A stretch of DNA of 64,000 bases from positions 16,534-80,533 of the forward strand of contig CAYRUB010000001.1 of assembly GCA_964427405.1 (NCBI GenBank). Direction: 5' to 3'. Position numbers and translations under genes: made by a program. The notes below the pieces were generated by a model, which ran no database searches, was not told the origin of the DNA, and worked only from the letters and a program-made list of their open reading frames with translations. The stretch comes from an uncultured Planctomycetales bacterium (GTDB lineage: Bacteria; Omnitrophota; Gorgyraeia; Gygaellales; Profunditerraquicolaceae). Shown one piece after another: positions 41,395 to 50,980 of this stretch; positions within the stretch are counted from its first letter, which is position 1; each line of letters begins with the position of its first letter.

Positions 41395-41469
41395 TGGCGG
41401 AGAGTGGATTTAAACCACCGACCAAGCGGGTATGAGCCGCGTGCTCTATCAGGCTGAGCTACTCCGCCA
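41395..41469 (-). tRNA. tRNA with anticodon CAT, most likely tRNA-Ile2 (lysidine) rather than elongator Met
   Basis: Manual fold: GGCGGAG acceptor, anticodon loop CTCATAC. The CTTGGTCGGTGG...CCAC variable/T region resembles bacterial tRNA-Ile(LAU). It lies 1.5 kb from tilS. Confidence 0.7.
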
Positions 41470-41495
41470 AAATCAATTCAAATTATCAATTTAAA

Positions 41496-42284
41496 CTACT
41501 TTTTCCTGTAAGCTTCTAAATACGAGTCGCAGTAAATATTCTTGTTTAAAATAAGCTCTGCGGTAATTAATGTATCAATGAGCTCCTTATCTTTAGGGTC
41601 AAGTATAGCAGAATCCAGCCCATATGCAACTGCCATAGTTAAAAAGGTGCGATTAATCAGGCTGCGCAGATGAGACCCCTGAGAAACATTACTTAATCCC
41701 AGGATAGTTTTAGGTTCAGGTTCAGAAATAATTTTAAATTCAGCAATAGACTCTAAAATATCCTTCATCTGCGCCTGAGCAACATTAACCGGCAAAACTA
41801 TTGGGTCTAAGTATAGATCTTCGATAGAAAAACCTTTTTCCTGGCAATTTGCCACAATAGTTGCCGCTAGCTCCAGGCGCTGATCTTTATTTTGCGGGAT
41901 TCCTTTTACGCTGATAGTAATCCCGATCAATTTAGATTTATACTGCTTAGCTAAAGGAATAAGCGCATCCAGTTTTTCTTCATCGGCAGTAGTAGAATTA
42001 ATAATTGTTTTGCTCCTGGCAACCTTTAATCCCTCTTCAATTACCGCGGGCTTACTTGAATCCAAGCAAAGAGGTTTGTCGGTAACCTCCTGGATTGTTT
42101 CAACCAGCCATGGCATATCAACTAACGGTTGTCTGGAAGCCGGCCCGCAATTAACATCTAAAGCATCCGCCCCGCAGGCGAGCTGATCCAAAGCGCTTTT
42201 CTGTATCTCCTTCTTATTGCGTTCCTTAATTGCCGCGCCTATATTAGCGTACATGCCGTTAATCAACTCACCGATAATAAACAT
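41496..42284 (-). CDS. acsE: Methyltetrahydrofolate:corrinoid/iron-sulfur protein methyltransferase (AcsE-like pterin-binding TIM barrel)
   Basis: 262 aa pterin-binding domain (LDVNCGPAS...). Confidence 0.75.
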   Translation of the reverse strand: MFIIGELINGMYANIGAAIKERNKKEIQKSALDQLACGADALDVNCGPASRQPLVDMPWLVETIQEVTDKPLCLDSSKPAVIEEGLKVARSKTIINSTTADEEKLDALIPLAKQYKSKLIGITISVKGIPQNKDQRLELAATIVANCQEKGFSIEDLYLDPIVLPVNVAQAQMKDILESIAEFKIISEPEPKTILGLSNVSQGSHLRSLINRTFLTMAVAYGLDSAILDPKDKELIDTLITAELILNKNIYCDSYLEAYRKK

Positions 42285-42309
42285 AATATATTCCTTTTTA
42301 ACCTTTATA

Positions 42310-43245
42310 CTATTTCTTAAAAAGAGTATCTATATACTTAGTAACTTTTTCAGCTGCAGCAGGATGACGCATAACTAAAAGGTCAGTCCCTGATTGTATA
42401 AGGCTGGTAGCTGTAATTATCTCCCAGGTAACACCTTGTTCGAGACTGGTTTTAGCCTCTTTTGTCCTCCAGGTCTCCTGGCCTACGAAACAAATAAACG
42501 GGGAAGCTAATGTTTTATCCCCCGATAAAGCGGCAAGCCTGGCTCTTTCCATAATGGAATAAGCATATTCAAGCCCATAACCTAAAGCCCCGATGGTTGG
42601 ATTGATTACAATCCGCTCAAGGCTTAAACCCATATCCGAGATTAGTATGTTTAATTGTTTTGCGATATTGATATCTATAGGGCTTTCGGCGATAATATTG
42701 TGGCCATCCGCCAATACGCTGGCAACCAAAGTTTTATAATTATCCTGGACCGCGCAGCCAATCAGGCAACGTTCTCCCTTAGCCGCCTCAGAGCAAGCAG
42801 GTAAAATCAGGTTATCTTTGGCATCATCGCCGCTTCCTATAATTATTAAAGGTACTTTTATCCTGGTTAAAAGCGTTGAAATAAATTTTGCTGCCTCCTT
42901 AGGACCATTATTGCCAAAATCCGGGTGTGTCCCCTGCATTCTTACGCAAAGTAATTGCGCCTTAAATTCATTTACACATTTATCGGCCCAGGCAAATGGG
43001 TCATTTAAAACTTTACCGTAAGGCAAAACCAGTTCTTCAGGCCAATCAAGCGGCGGGGTATCCCATATCTCAAAGGCAATGGCAGGCCGATTAGGGATAC
43101 TTCCTTCTTTAAATAACAATGGCAGGCTGCTCTGGCCTCCGATTCTTACCGTATTAATACGAGAACCGCCATCTTCTTTAGTTGCTCCGATAGTTAGGGC
43201 AGAAATTACACCTGCCCATTTTTCAAGCACTAATTGTGTTTCCAT
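42310..43245 (-). CDS. acsD: Corrinoid iron-sulfur protein small (delta) subunit, CdhD/AcsD
   Basis: 311 aa TIM-barrel CFeSP small-subunit family. Confidence 0.75.
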   Translation of the reverse strand: METQLVLEKWAGVISALTIGATKEDGGSRINTVRIGGQSSLPLLFKEGSIPNRPAIAFEIWDTPPLDWPEELVLPYGKVLNDPFAWADKCVNEFKAQLLCVRMQGTHPDFGNNGPKEAAKFISTLLTRIKVPLIIIGSGDDAKDNLILPACSEAAKGERCLIGCAVQDNYKTLVASVLADGHNIIAESPIDINIAKQLNILISDMGLSLERIVINPTIGALGYGLEYAYSIMERARLAALSGDKTLASPFICFVGQETWRTKEAKTSLEQGVTWEIITATSLIQSGTDLLVMRHPAAAEKVTKYIDTLFKK

Positions 43246-43982
43246 ATTTTATCTCCCAGGCAATTAAGCGCCGTCAATATCGGCGCATCTTTATTTAAAC
43301 TAAAAACTGAACCTCCGTTTAAACTTAACTCTTCAATTAACGCATCTTGCGGCAGGCTGCCAAGATACTCAAGGCCAGTTTCTTTAATTGTTTCAATTTT
43401 CACTTGCTGGCTAAAACGATTTATTAAAATGTACCTTTTTTTTACTTCAAATTTTAGCTGTAATGCCAGATCATTGATTCTTTGGGCTGATTTCAATCCC
43501 ACCCTGGTAGCATCTGAAACAACGATAAGTATATCAGCAAGACGGCTAGTGCGCCGGGATAAATGTTCCAATCCCGCTTCATTATCAATAACTATATAAT
43601 CATAATCTTTGATTAATTTGGCCATAACCGCTCTCAAAACGTTATTTACATAACAATAGCAACCCGGACCTTCGGGTTTACCCATACTCAAAATATCAAA
43701 TCCATCCTCTTCCTGGATAGCTGACTGCACCTGGTATCCTATAAAACGCTCTTTCGTCATCCCGGCAGGAACCATATCCGGATTTGCAGATATGTCATCT
43801 AAAATTTCCCCTATATTACGTCCAGGCTTCAAACCCAAAACCTCACCCAGGTTACTATTAGGATCAGCGTCTATGGCTAAAAGCGAACCGATTTTCTTTT
43901 CTTTGATATTGCGGATAATTAAAGATGCGATTGTAGTCTTGCCGGTACCCCCTTTTCCAGCCATTGCGATAATATAGCCCAT
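43230..43982 (-). CDS. cooC: CooC/AcsF-type Ni-insertion ATPase (MinD/ParA family)
   Basis: 250 aa; deviant Walker A AGKGGTGKTT. Confidence 0.85.
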   Translation of the reverse strand: MGYIIAMAGKGGTGKTTIASLIIRNIKEKKIGSLLAIDADPNSNLGEVLGLKPGRNIGEILDDISANPDMVPAGMTKERFIGYQVQSAIQEEDGFDILSMGKPEGPGCYCYVNNVLRAVMAKLIKDYDYIVIDNEAGLEHLSRRTSRLADILIVVSDATRVGLKSAQRINDLALQLKFEVKKRYILINRFSQQVKIETIKETGLEYLGSLPQDALIEELSLNGGSVFSLNKDAPILTALNCLGDKIWKHN

Positions 43983-45908
43983 TTAAAATCTCACCGTAGG
44001 AAACTTTGTCAAATCCGTATGCGGGAAAAATAGCGCCTGGCTGTATTCATCCATATAACCCGGGTCAACAGATAATTCAAAATAGGTAATTTTAGAAGCA
44101 AGGGTATTTGCCATAACCATGGCCTGGTTTGATAAAAGAATCTGGCTGGCACCTGCTAAGGCGCTGTTCCCGATAAAGACAAATTTAGAACGCGCGAGAT
44201 CCGGCAATAACCCGATTTTTATCGCCTTCTCTATATCCAGATAAGTTCCGAAACCCCCGGCGATAAATATTTTAGAGATTTCGGAAAATTGCAAACCTAA
44301 ATGTTTAACCAGGATAGCGGTAGCGGAATATATCGCAGCTTTTGAACGTTTAAGATTTTCAATATCCGCCTCATTAATCACGATATCCGATAAGCTATCG
44401 GTCTCTTCTTTGAAACAAACCACAAACTCTTTGCCGGTATCTGTTTGGCGAATACGCCTTCCTTCAGTTTTTATTTTACCGCCCTTATCAATTATTCCGG
44501 TTTCTAACATTGCGCTGAGTAAATCAATATAGCCCGAACCGCAGATCCCCCGCGGCTTTTTATCGCCAATAGTGGAGTATTTAACGTTAAAATCAGTTTT
44601 ATTCATACTTATCTTTTGAATTGCCCCGTTGCTTGCGCGCATACCGCTGGTTACTCCGCTGCCTTCAAAAGCCGGACCGGCAGAAGCAGCACAAGCAACC
44701 AGAAAATCTTTATTGCCTAAAACAATCTCTCCATTAGTACCGATATCAATCAGTATGCAAAGCTCGTCCTTTAGATATATGCCGCTAGAGAGAACTCCGG
44801 CAGTAGTATCCCCGCCAACGTAGCTGGAAACTCCCGGCACGCATGAAAGCAGCCCTCTAGGATTAATATTTATTCCCGCTTCTGCCGCGCGCAAAACGGG
44901 CAGGAAATTTGCCGTAGGCACATAAGGTTCTTTACGGATATGCGCCGGATCAACGCTTAGAAGCAAATGGATCATTGTAGTGTTCCCTGAACAGACAATG
45001 CAATTAACATCATTTAAATCAACATTGTTTTCCAGGATTAGCTCGCGGATTATCTGGTTCATCGTATTACAAACAGCCTCATGCAATTTCTCTAATCCGT
45101 CACTCTGTCCGGCATAAACTATGCGCGTAATTACATCATTACCAAAAGTAGCCTGTTGATTATAAGTTGCCTTTGTCCCCATAACCTTTTTTGAATTTAA
45201 ATCTAACAGTTGACCGGAAATTGTAGTTGTACCAATGTCAAAACTAAGCCCAAAATTCCTATCCGTCGTATCTCCTGACTCAACCAGGACAATTTCTACT
45301 GTATCATTGCGCTTGCCTAATGTAACAGTAACCTTCCATTCAGAATCACGCAATAGTTCACCCAACTGGCGAATATTAAATAATCCAGTTTGTATCACAG
45401 GAAATTCCTCAAAACCGCGTAAAGCACGATATAGCCTCTCCAAATCACTTACGCTGTCATTAAGTGTCGGAGCAGGTAATTCCAGATATAATTTTGTGGC
45501 AAAAGGTGAATGCTTAAAAAAACCTTCTTTAAATTTTGTTTTTACCGGCTGGATATCCTCCGCTTTTGAATAAAGGCTGCCTAAACGTTCCCCTAATTCC
45601 AGGGGAGTAAGATTATCAAAATTAAGCCGTGAACTCTCGGGAATCTCAACCTCTAAATCACTATGAATATTTGTAAGACAGCCAAGATATATATTATTTT
45701 TCCTTTCTTCCGCCGTAATTATTCCATTAGGCTGGGTACTAACCTGGCCCTTCCTAAGGACAACCTTGCATCTTCCGCAAACTCCATCTCCGCCACAAAC
45801 AGAATTAACATACACTCCGGCAGAGATGGCAGCAGAAAGGATCGTCTTATCCTTCTCGACAAGTATTGACTTATTATCCGGCAGAAATGTGACTTTGAAT
45901 TTTTGCAT
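43983..45908 (-). CDS. Reductive activator of corrinoid Fe-S protein (RACo; 2Fe-2S ferredoxin plus ASKHA ATPase)
   Basis: 641 aa; N-terminal plant-type ferredoxin Cys cluster (CGGDGVCGRCKV) followed by an ASKHA-fold domain. Confidence 0.8.
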   Translation of the reverse strand: MQKFKVTFLPDNKSILVEKDKTILSAAISAGVYVNSVCGGDGVCGRCKVVLRKGQVSTQPNGIITAEERKNNIYLGCLTNIHSDLEVEIPESSRLNFDNLTPLELGERLGSLYSKAEDIQPVKTKFKEGFFKHSPFATKLYLELPAPTLNDSVSDLERLYRALRGFEEFPVIQTGLFNIRQLGELLRDSEWKVTVTLGKRNDTVEIVLVESGDTTDRNFGLSFDIGTTTISGQLLDLNSKKVMGTKATYNQQATFGNDVITRIVYAGQSDGLEKLHEAVCNTMNQIIRELILENNVDLNDVNCIVCSGNTTMIHLLLSVDPAHIRKEPYVPTANFLPVLRAAEAGININPRGLLSCVPGVSSYVGGDTTAGVLSSGIYLKDELCILIDIGTNGEIVLGNKDFLVACAASAGPAFEGSGVTSGMRASNGAIQKISMNKTDFNVKYSTIGDKKPRGICGSGYIDLLSAMLETGIIDKGGKIKTEGRRIRQTDTGKEFVVCFKEETDSLSDIVINEADIENLKRSKAAIYSATAILVKHLGLQFSEISKIFIAGGFGTYLDIEKAIKIGLLPDLARSKFVFIGNSALAGASQILLSNQAMVMANTLASKITYFELSVDPGYMDEYSQALFFPHTDLTKFPTVRF

Positions 45909-45925
45909 AGATTAGAGAACCATGA

Positions 45926-47257
45926 TTAGTTTAGGTTTTTTAAAAACGCGGGGATCCCTGCTGCTTCCTTGGGACCTACGATCACCTTAAATCCAGATTG
46001 TTCTTCGAGATCACCGCTTAATACCGCTACATAACCCGGAATAATTAAATTCTTATGACTTACCGCATCCTTAACCCCAAACTTATCTAATGATTTAGTA
46101 ATGGATTCGGCGTTAAATTTTTCCGCAGCCCAGGCAGTAAGCACAGACATGCCCTCAGTATCCACGCTTAAAATATAAGAAGGTATTTTACTGGCTTCCA
46201 CTTCGCCTAAGACAGTATAATAACTCAAAGAAAAGTTAGTGGTTATCAAGACCGGTGATTTTTCAGTAGCCCCACCCACAGGATAAAGCTTGGGTTCAAT
46301 TTGCAAAGGTTTTTGCGGGTCAGTATAAATATTTTGTCTGAAGGTTAAAATCGCCAGTACCTCCCAAGAATCAACCCCCTTGATCAGGACAATCCCCGCA
46401 TATTTAGCGATGTAGGCAGTTGCCTCCATCGCCTCCTCATAGGAATCATTTTTATCTACAATGGCCAGACTGGGATAACCCAGCGGCCGGTTTGATTTCT
46501 TAAGCGCTTGCCGGCGGAGTTGAGTTAAATCCCATATTTTATCGGTAACAGATTTTGTGCCGGTATCTAAAATCAGGTCGTGTACCCCCAACGAGTTAAG
46601 CTCTTTGGACAGCTGCGCAAGGGTATCAATATCCTGCGCAACTACCACTAAAGGAAGTTGGAATTCTTTGGCAATAGGCGCGATTTGGCTGAAATTATCT
46701 TTTGTCGCGCAGTAAAGCAAAGGTCTACGCGATTTGGCGATAGCTGCCGCCTGTCTTAAAGCAATCAGATCATTGCTCATTAGCATAACCGGCAGGACAG
46801 TATTACTTAAAACTAACCTGGTCGTTTCCATGAATCTTTTTGCGTCCGTATTTTGTTTTATGGCAACAAGATTCACTTCCAACAACTGGCCTACGCGTTC
46901 AAACTTCAACTGATTAATCTTTTCAATCCGCTTCCTTATATCAATGTCAGACAGATTATCCTCAATAATAAAACCTAAGCCTGCCGGATTACGGAATTTC
47001 TCTTCGTGCCTGAACATTACCGTTTCATTGCCAAGTTCAAGTTTTGAATCATCGCTGCCTAAAGTTACAAGCTTAATCGGAGGCAATGCTTGTTCCTCCA
47101 GGATAGCCTTTGACTCAGCCGAAATATAAGGACATTTTTCGATTGGCAGTGTTTTTTTAGCTAACTGCATCGCAAAGGCAAGGCAGGTAGCCAGGCCGCA
47201 CTTGCGGCAATTTGTCTTAGGCAGCAACTTATAAATATCTAAACCAGAAAATGCCAT
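45926..47257 (-). CDS. acsC: Corrinoid iron-sulfur protein large (gamma) subunit, CdhE/AcsC
   Basis: 443 aa; N-terminal 4Fe-4S Cys motif (CRKCGLATCLAFAMQLA), TIM barrel, and a C-terminal B12-binding domain. Confidence 0.85.
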   Translation of the reverse strand: MAFSGLDIYKLLPKTNCRKCGLATCLAFAMQLAKKTLPIEKCPYISAESKAILEEQALPPIKLVTLGSDDSKLELGNETVMFRHEEKFRNPAGLGFIIEDNLSDIDIRKRIEKINQLKFERVGQLLEVNLVAIKQNTDAKRFMETTRLVLSNTVLPVMLMSNDLIALRQAAAIAKSRRPLLYCATKDNFSQIAPIAKEFQLPLVVVAQDIDTLAQLSKELNSLGVHDLILDTGTKSVTDKIWDLTQLRRQALKKSNRPLGYPSLAIVDKNDSYEEAMEATAYIAKYAGIVLIKGVDSWEVLAILTFRQNIYTDPQKPLQIEPKLYPVGGATEKSPVLITTNFSLSYYTVLGEVEASKIPSYILSVDTEGMSVLTAWAAEKFNAESITKSLDKFGVKDAVSHKNLIIPGYVAVLSGDLEEQSGFKVIVGPKEAAGIPAFLKNLN

Positions 47258-47260
47258 AAA

Positions 47261-47932
47261 CTATCTCCCATTAATTAAACTGGCGAAATAACCAGCGCCA
47301 AATCCATTGTCAATATTGACTACTGTAACACCCGGAGAGCATCCGTTTAACATAGACAAGAGCGCAGCTAATCCGGAGAAACTGGAACCATACCCACAGC
47401 TAGTAGGTACGGCAATAACCGGCGACTTGGCCAGGCCGCTGACTAAACTGGCCAGCGCCCCTTCCATACCCGCTACAACTATTATTACCTTGGCTTTTTT
47501 TAACTTATTAACATTGCTCATCAGGCGGTGAACGCCTGCAACACCAACATCATACAATTTATCGACACGGTTCCCCATTACTTGCAGGGTTTGCGCTGCT
47601 TCTTCAGCTATTGGAATATCGCTGGTACCGGCGGAAATCACTAAAACCCGGCCTTTGCAATGCTTCTTAGGCTTAGCTAAAAAATACCCGATTTTCGCCA
47701 GGGGGTTGTATTTTAAAACCGGAATTGACTTCTTTAAAAAAGAAAATGTAACCTGATCTAGTTTAGTTAAAAGCAGGTCTTCTTTTAGCTTAATTATCTT
47801 TTTAGCTATTTTCTCTAAGTGTTCCTTATTTTTTCCCGGACAATAGACTACTTCCGCAAACCCCTTACGCTTCTTCCTGTCTGTATCAAGCTTAGCAAAT
47901 CCCAGGTCGCAGAACCCTTTTTTTACTGGCAT
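47261..47932 (-). CDS. larB: LarB-like PurE-family protein (nickel-pincer nucleotide cofactor biosynthesis carboxylase/hydrolase)
   Basis: 223 aa; [14 protein letters not shown]...[12 protein letters not shown]...[29 protein letters not shown] matches the LarB signature rather than PurE. Confidence 0.65.
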   Translation of the reverse strand: MPVKKGFCDLGFAKLDTDRKKRKGFAEVVYCPGKNKEHLEKIAKKIIKLKEDLLLTKLDQVTFSFLKKSIPVLKYNPLAKIGYFLAKPKKHCKGRVLVISAGTSDIPIAEEAAQTLQVMGNRVDKLYDVGVAGVHRLMSNVNKLKKAKVIIVVAGMEGALASLVSGLAKSPVIAVPTSCGYGSSFSGLAALLSMLNGCSPGVTVVNIDNGFGAGYFASLINGR

Positions 47933-47936
47933 TTAT

Positions 47937-48248
47937 CTATAAACCCCGGTAAACAAAAAAACCAAGAAGGATTATTAAAAACGTGGCAAGAATATAAAAA
48001 TCATTAAAATAAAAAAAATCATATATCCTATTCTGCAACGCCTTTTCTTCTTTTACCTGGTTTTCTGGATGCGCATGATGATGGGCCTTTTTATACTGCT
48101 CTACCTGATCTTTTTTAAATCTTAGATATAGGCCCCCTATTTTATAAGCGGGTATTATCCCTTTCTCCGCCAGGTCCAAAACATCTTTTTCGAATACGCC
48201 CAGGATAACCGATACATCCCTCACGGTAAGCAATTTTTCTTCAGTCAT
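47937..48248 (-). CDS. Excisionase-family HTH (HTH_17-like) protein with a C-terminal transmembrane anchor
   Basis: 103 aa; LLTVRDVSVILGV...IIPAYKIGGLYLRFKKDQVEQY HTH, then the hydrophobic helix FYILATFLIILLGFFVY at the C-terminus. Confidence 0.55.
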   Translation of the reverse strand: MTEEKLLTVRDVSVILGVFEKDVLDLAEKGIIPAYKIGGLYLRFKKDQVEQYKKAHHHAHPENQVKEEKALQNRIYDFFYFNDFYILATFLIILLGFFVYRGL

Positions 48249-48252
48249 TAGT

Positions 48253-48756
48253 CTATTTTCCTATTTTACCCGCGGCAACCCAGCTATCAATCGCCTTGCG
48301 CTCAAATTTCCAGTCGTTTCCCTCTTTATTTCCCGGTACCTTGCCTGAATTAGCCCATTCCATTATCGAATTTAATTCTACTTCTAAATATTTCGCCAGC
48401 TGCTCAGGGTTAAGGAAATCATGCAGCATTGAGCACTGCCCCTCCAGAATCGCTCCTTCGGCAACATTAAGCTTGGCAGGATAAATATGCCCCTCCACGA
48501 TAGCTTGCGGCAGGAGGGTAAGCCTTTCTTTAGCGGTAATCTTTCCTTTAACCCGACCCCCGATAATTATATTATCCCCGATAATATCCGCATTGATTAC
48601 CGCTGTAGATCCTATAGTAAGATTGCCGCGAGTATCAAGGTTGCCTTCAAATTTTCCGTTAATACGCAGATTAACCGGATCCTTAAAACTTAAACTACCC
48701 TGCATTGCGGCATCAACATCTAAAGTCTTTTCTTCCAATTTCTTTTTAAATGCCAT
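48253..48756 (-). CDS. Bactofilin fused to a C-terminal excisionase-family HTH domain
   Basis: 167 aa; bactofilin beta-helical repeats (GNLTIGSTAVINADIIGDNIIIGGRVKGKITAKERLTLLPQAIVEGHIYPAKLNVAEGAILEGQ), then LNPEQLAKYLEVELNSIMEWANSGKVPGNKEGNDWKFERKAIDSWV (HTH_17-like). Confidence 0.65.
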   Translation of the reverse strand: MAFKKKLEEKTLDVDAAMQGSLSFKDPVNLRINGKFEGNLDTRGNLTIGSTAVINADIIGDNIIIGGRVKGKITAKERLTLLPQAIVEGHIYPAKLNVAEGAILEGQCSMLHDFLNPEQLAKYLEVELNSIMEWANSGKVPGNKEGNDWKFERKAIDSWVAAGKIGK

Positions 48757-49213
48757 GCGTGCCCTCCTTGTTTTTAAGCTTAAGGTTATTGATAAGGCGA
48801 TTCTCTATGTAGCGCAATAAATACAATACGATCAAAACTAACGCCGTGGTATAAACTGCCATCTTGTTAAATCCACAGCCTACTGCCAGGCCGATCCCTG
48901 CAACTACCCACAAGCTGGCGGCGGTAGTCAGCCCTCTTACCCCCTCAGGTTCGCGGATAATTGTGCCCGCTCCCAAAAATCCAATTCCCGTAATTACGCC
49001 GGCGGCAATACGCGCAGGATCTAATGCAACCCTGTCTTTATATATATCAAAAACATATAAAGATGTCAACATGATAAGGCAGGAACCTAATGCTACTAAG
49101 ATATGCGTGCGCAGCCCTGCGTCTCTGCGATGAACCTGACGCTCCAGCCCGATTAAGCCGCTTAAAAATAAAGTCAATAATAAGCGCGTAATCATCTGAA
49201 AATCAGTAGGCAT
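48746..49213 (-). CDS. mgtC: MgtC/SapB family membrane protein
   Basis: 155 aa; LLLTLFLSGLIGLERQ N-terminal signature. Confidence 0.8.
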   Translation of the reverse strand: MPTDFQMITRLLLTLFLSGLIGLERQVHRRDAGLRTHILVALGSCLIMLTSLYVFDIYKDRVALDPARIAAGVITGIGFLGAGTIIREPEGVRGLTTAASLWVVAGIGLAVGCGFNKMAVYTTALVLIVLYLLRYIENRLINNLKLKNKEGTHGI

Positions 49214-49223
49214 AAAACCTCCT

Positions 49224-50210
49224 TTAGTTATTAAGCTGTGTATTTAAATAAAGGTTATCCCTTGCTCCTTGTTTATAAAGAAAATAAGCAAGGCCGCTAA
49301 CCATAGCAGCATTGTCCATACACAAGTCAATCTCGGGGAAAAAACAATCAATCCCTGCATCCCCAGCAGCCGAGATAAGCTTTTGGCGCAAACAGATGTT
49401 TGCAGCTACCCCGCCTCCGATTAAAAGCTGCTTAGCTTTTTTACGCTTACAAGCCAGTAAAGATTTCCTTACCAGGACATTTACTGCACTCTCCTGAAAA
49501 GAAGCGGCGAGATCTTTTTTTGATTTGATTTTTGCCTGGGCATCTTTTAAATAATACAAAACAGCAGTTTTTATCCCGCTAAAACTAAAATCCAACTCAT
49601 TTTTCGTACCTGAACAGGCGAATTTAATTTTATCCTTATTGCCGTCTCTGGCTAACTTTTCAATTAACGGCCCCCCGGGATAACCCAAACCCATAATTTT
49701 AGCCACTTTATCAAAAGCCTCTCCGCAGGCATCATCTTGAGTCTGCCCCAAAACTTGGATTTTAGAGAAATCCTTGACATAGAAAAGGCTTGTGTGCCCT
49801 CCGGAAACTACTAAAGCTACGCAGGGAAGTTTTACATCCCGGTGGCAAAGAATATTTGCATAAATATGACTATAGACATGATTGACACCCAGTATTGGTT
49901 TACCCAGGCTTAATGACAATGCCTTGGCGAAAGATACCCCGACCAAAAGAGAACCCGGCAACCCGGGACCGGTAGTAACCGCAATTAAGCCAATTTCCTC
50001 CGCCTTAATCTTTGCCGCTTTAATTGCCGCGCAATATACTCCGGTTATACTTTCCAGTTGCATGCGCGAAGCAATCTCCGGAATTACTCCGCCGTATTTA
50101 CTATGTATCTTCAAACTTGATACAACTGTATTAGCCAAAACTTTCCTGCCATCTTTAACTATTGCCACGCCGGTTTCATCGCAAGATGTCTCTATTCCGA
50201 GTACAATCAT
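49224..50210 (-). CDS. tsaD: tRNA N6-adenosine threonylcarbamoyltransferase
   Basis: 328 aa; Kae1/TsaD ASKHA motifs (MIVLGIETSCDETGVAIV, GGVAAN). Confidence 0.9.
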   Translation of the reverse strand: MIVLGIETSCDETGVAIVKDGRKVLANTVVSSLKIHSKYGGVIPEIASRMQLESITGVYCAAIKAAKIKAEEIGLIAVTTGPGLPGSLLVGVSFAKALSLSLGKPILGVNHVYSHIYANILCHRDVKLPCVALVVSGGHTSLFYVKDFSKIQVLGQTQDDACGEAFDKVAKIMGLGYPGGPLIEKLARDGNKDKIKFACSGTKNELDFSFSGIKTAVLYYLKDAQAKIKSKKDLAASFQESAVNVLVRKSLLACKRKKAKQLLIGGGVAANICLRQKLISAAGDAGIDCFFPEIDLCMDNAAMVSGLAYFLYKQGARDNLYLNTQLNN

Positions 50211-50980
50211 TTGGCTATCTCCGAAACAAAAACAAGTTTATATCCTGCCTTTACTAATTGCGGGATAGCCTCCTTTAACGCTACCAACGTATTCCTACGG
50301 TCATGCCCTATACCGATAGCCTGGCCATTTTTTTTAGCCAAATCTCTTAATTTAATTATCTGGCCTTTTATATAAACCGGGTCATCCAGATTGTCTAAAA
50401 ATATGTCTCTTTTGGCAAAGCGTACCTGGATTTTCTTTGCCAATAAAGGACAAACGGATTTAGGCGTTACAAAACTATCTAAAAAATATAATTTGCGTTT
50501 TTTCGCTTCGGACATAATTAATGCACTAACCCTGCTATCTTCAGTAATACGCGACCCCATATGATTGGATATGCCTTTTGCAAATAAAATTGAGGCTAAA
50601 TCCTGATCAAGAATACTGCGGATCTGGCCGGCGCTCATAGATGTACTAACAGTATTTCTTTCCAGCCGGGATTTTTCTTTAGGCTCCATAGGCAAATGTA
50701 GTATTATTTCAAATCCGAAATTATGCAATTTCTGCGCAAGCAGCCCGGAATTATTCAGATTCGGTAAAATCGCACAAGTTAAAGGCTGCTTTATTTCCTC
50801 AACAATCTCAAGATTATTTAAATTATACCCCCAATCATCTATCACAATAGCGATCCTGCCTTTTATAAAAGCGGTCTTAGCCTTACGCGTTACTTTTCTA
50901 TCGACTGAAGTCAAAATAACGGCAATAAATACAAATAGCGACAAAACCAGCGCAATGGTAATTATTAGCTTTTTTTTCAT
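50207..50980 (-). CDS. Divergent polysaccharide deacetylase (YibQ family), membrane-anchored
   Basis: 257 aa; N-terminal TM; YibQ-like core. Confidence 0.65.
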   Translation of the reverse strand: MKKKLIITIALVLSLFVFIAVILTSVDRKVTRKAKTAFIKGRIAIVIDDWGYNLNNLEIVEEIKQPLTCAILPNLNNSGLLAQKLHNFGFEIILHLPMEPKEKSRLERNTVSTSMSAGQIRSILDQDLASILFAKGISNHMGSRITEDSRVSALIMSEAKKRKLYFLDSFVTPKSVCPLLAKKIQVRFAKRDIFLDNLDDPVYIKGQIIKLRDLAKKNGQAIGIGHDRRNTLVALKEAIPQLVKAGYKLVFVSEIAK

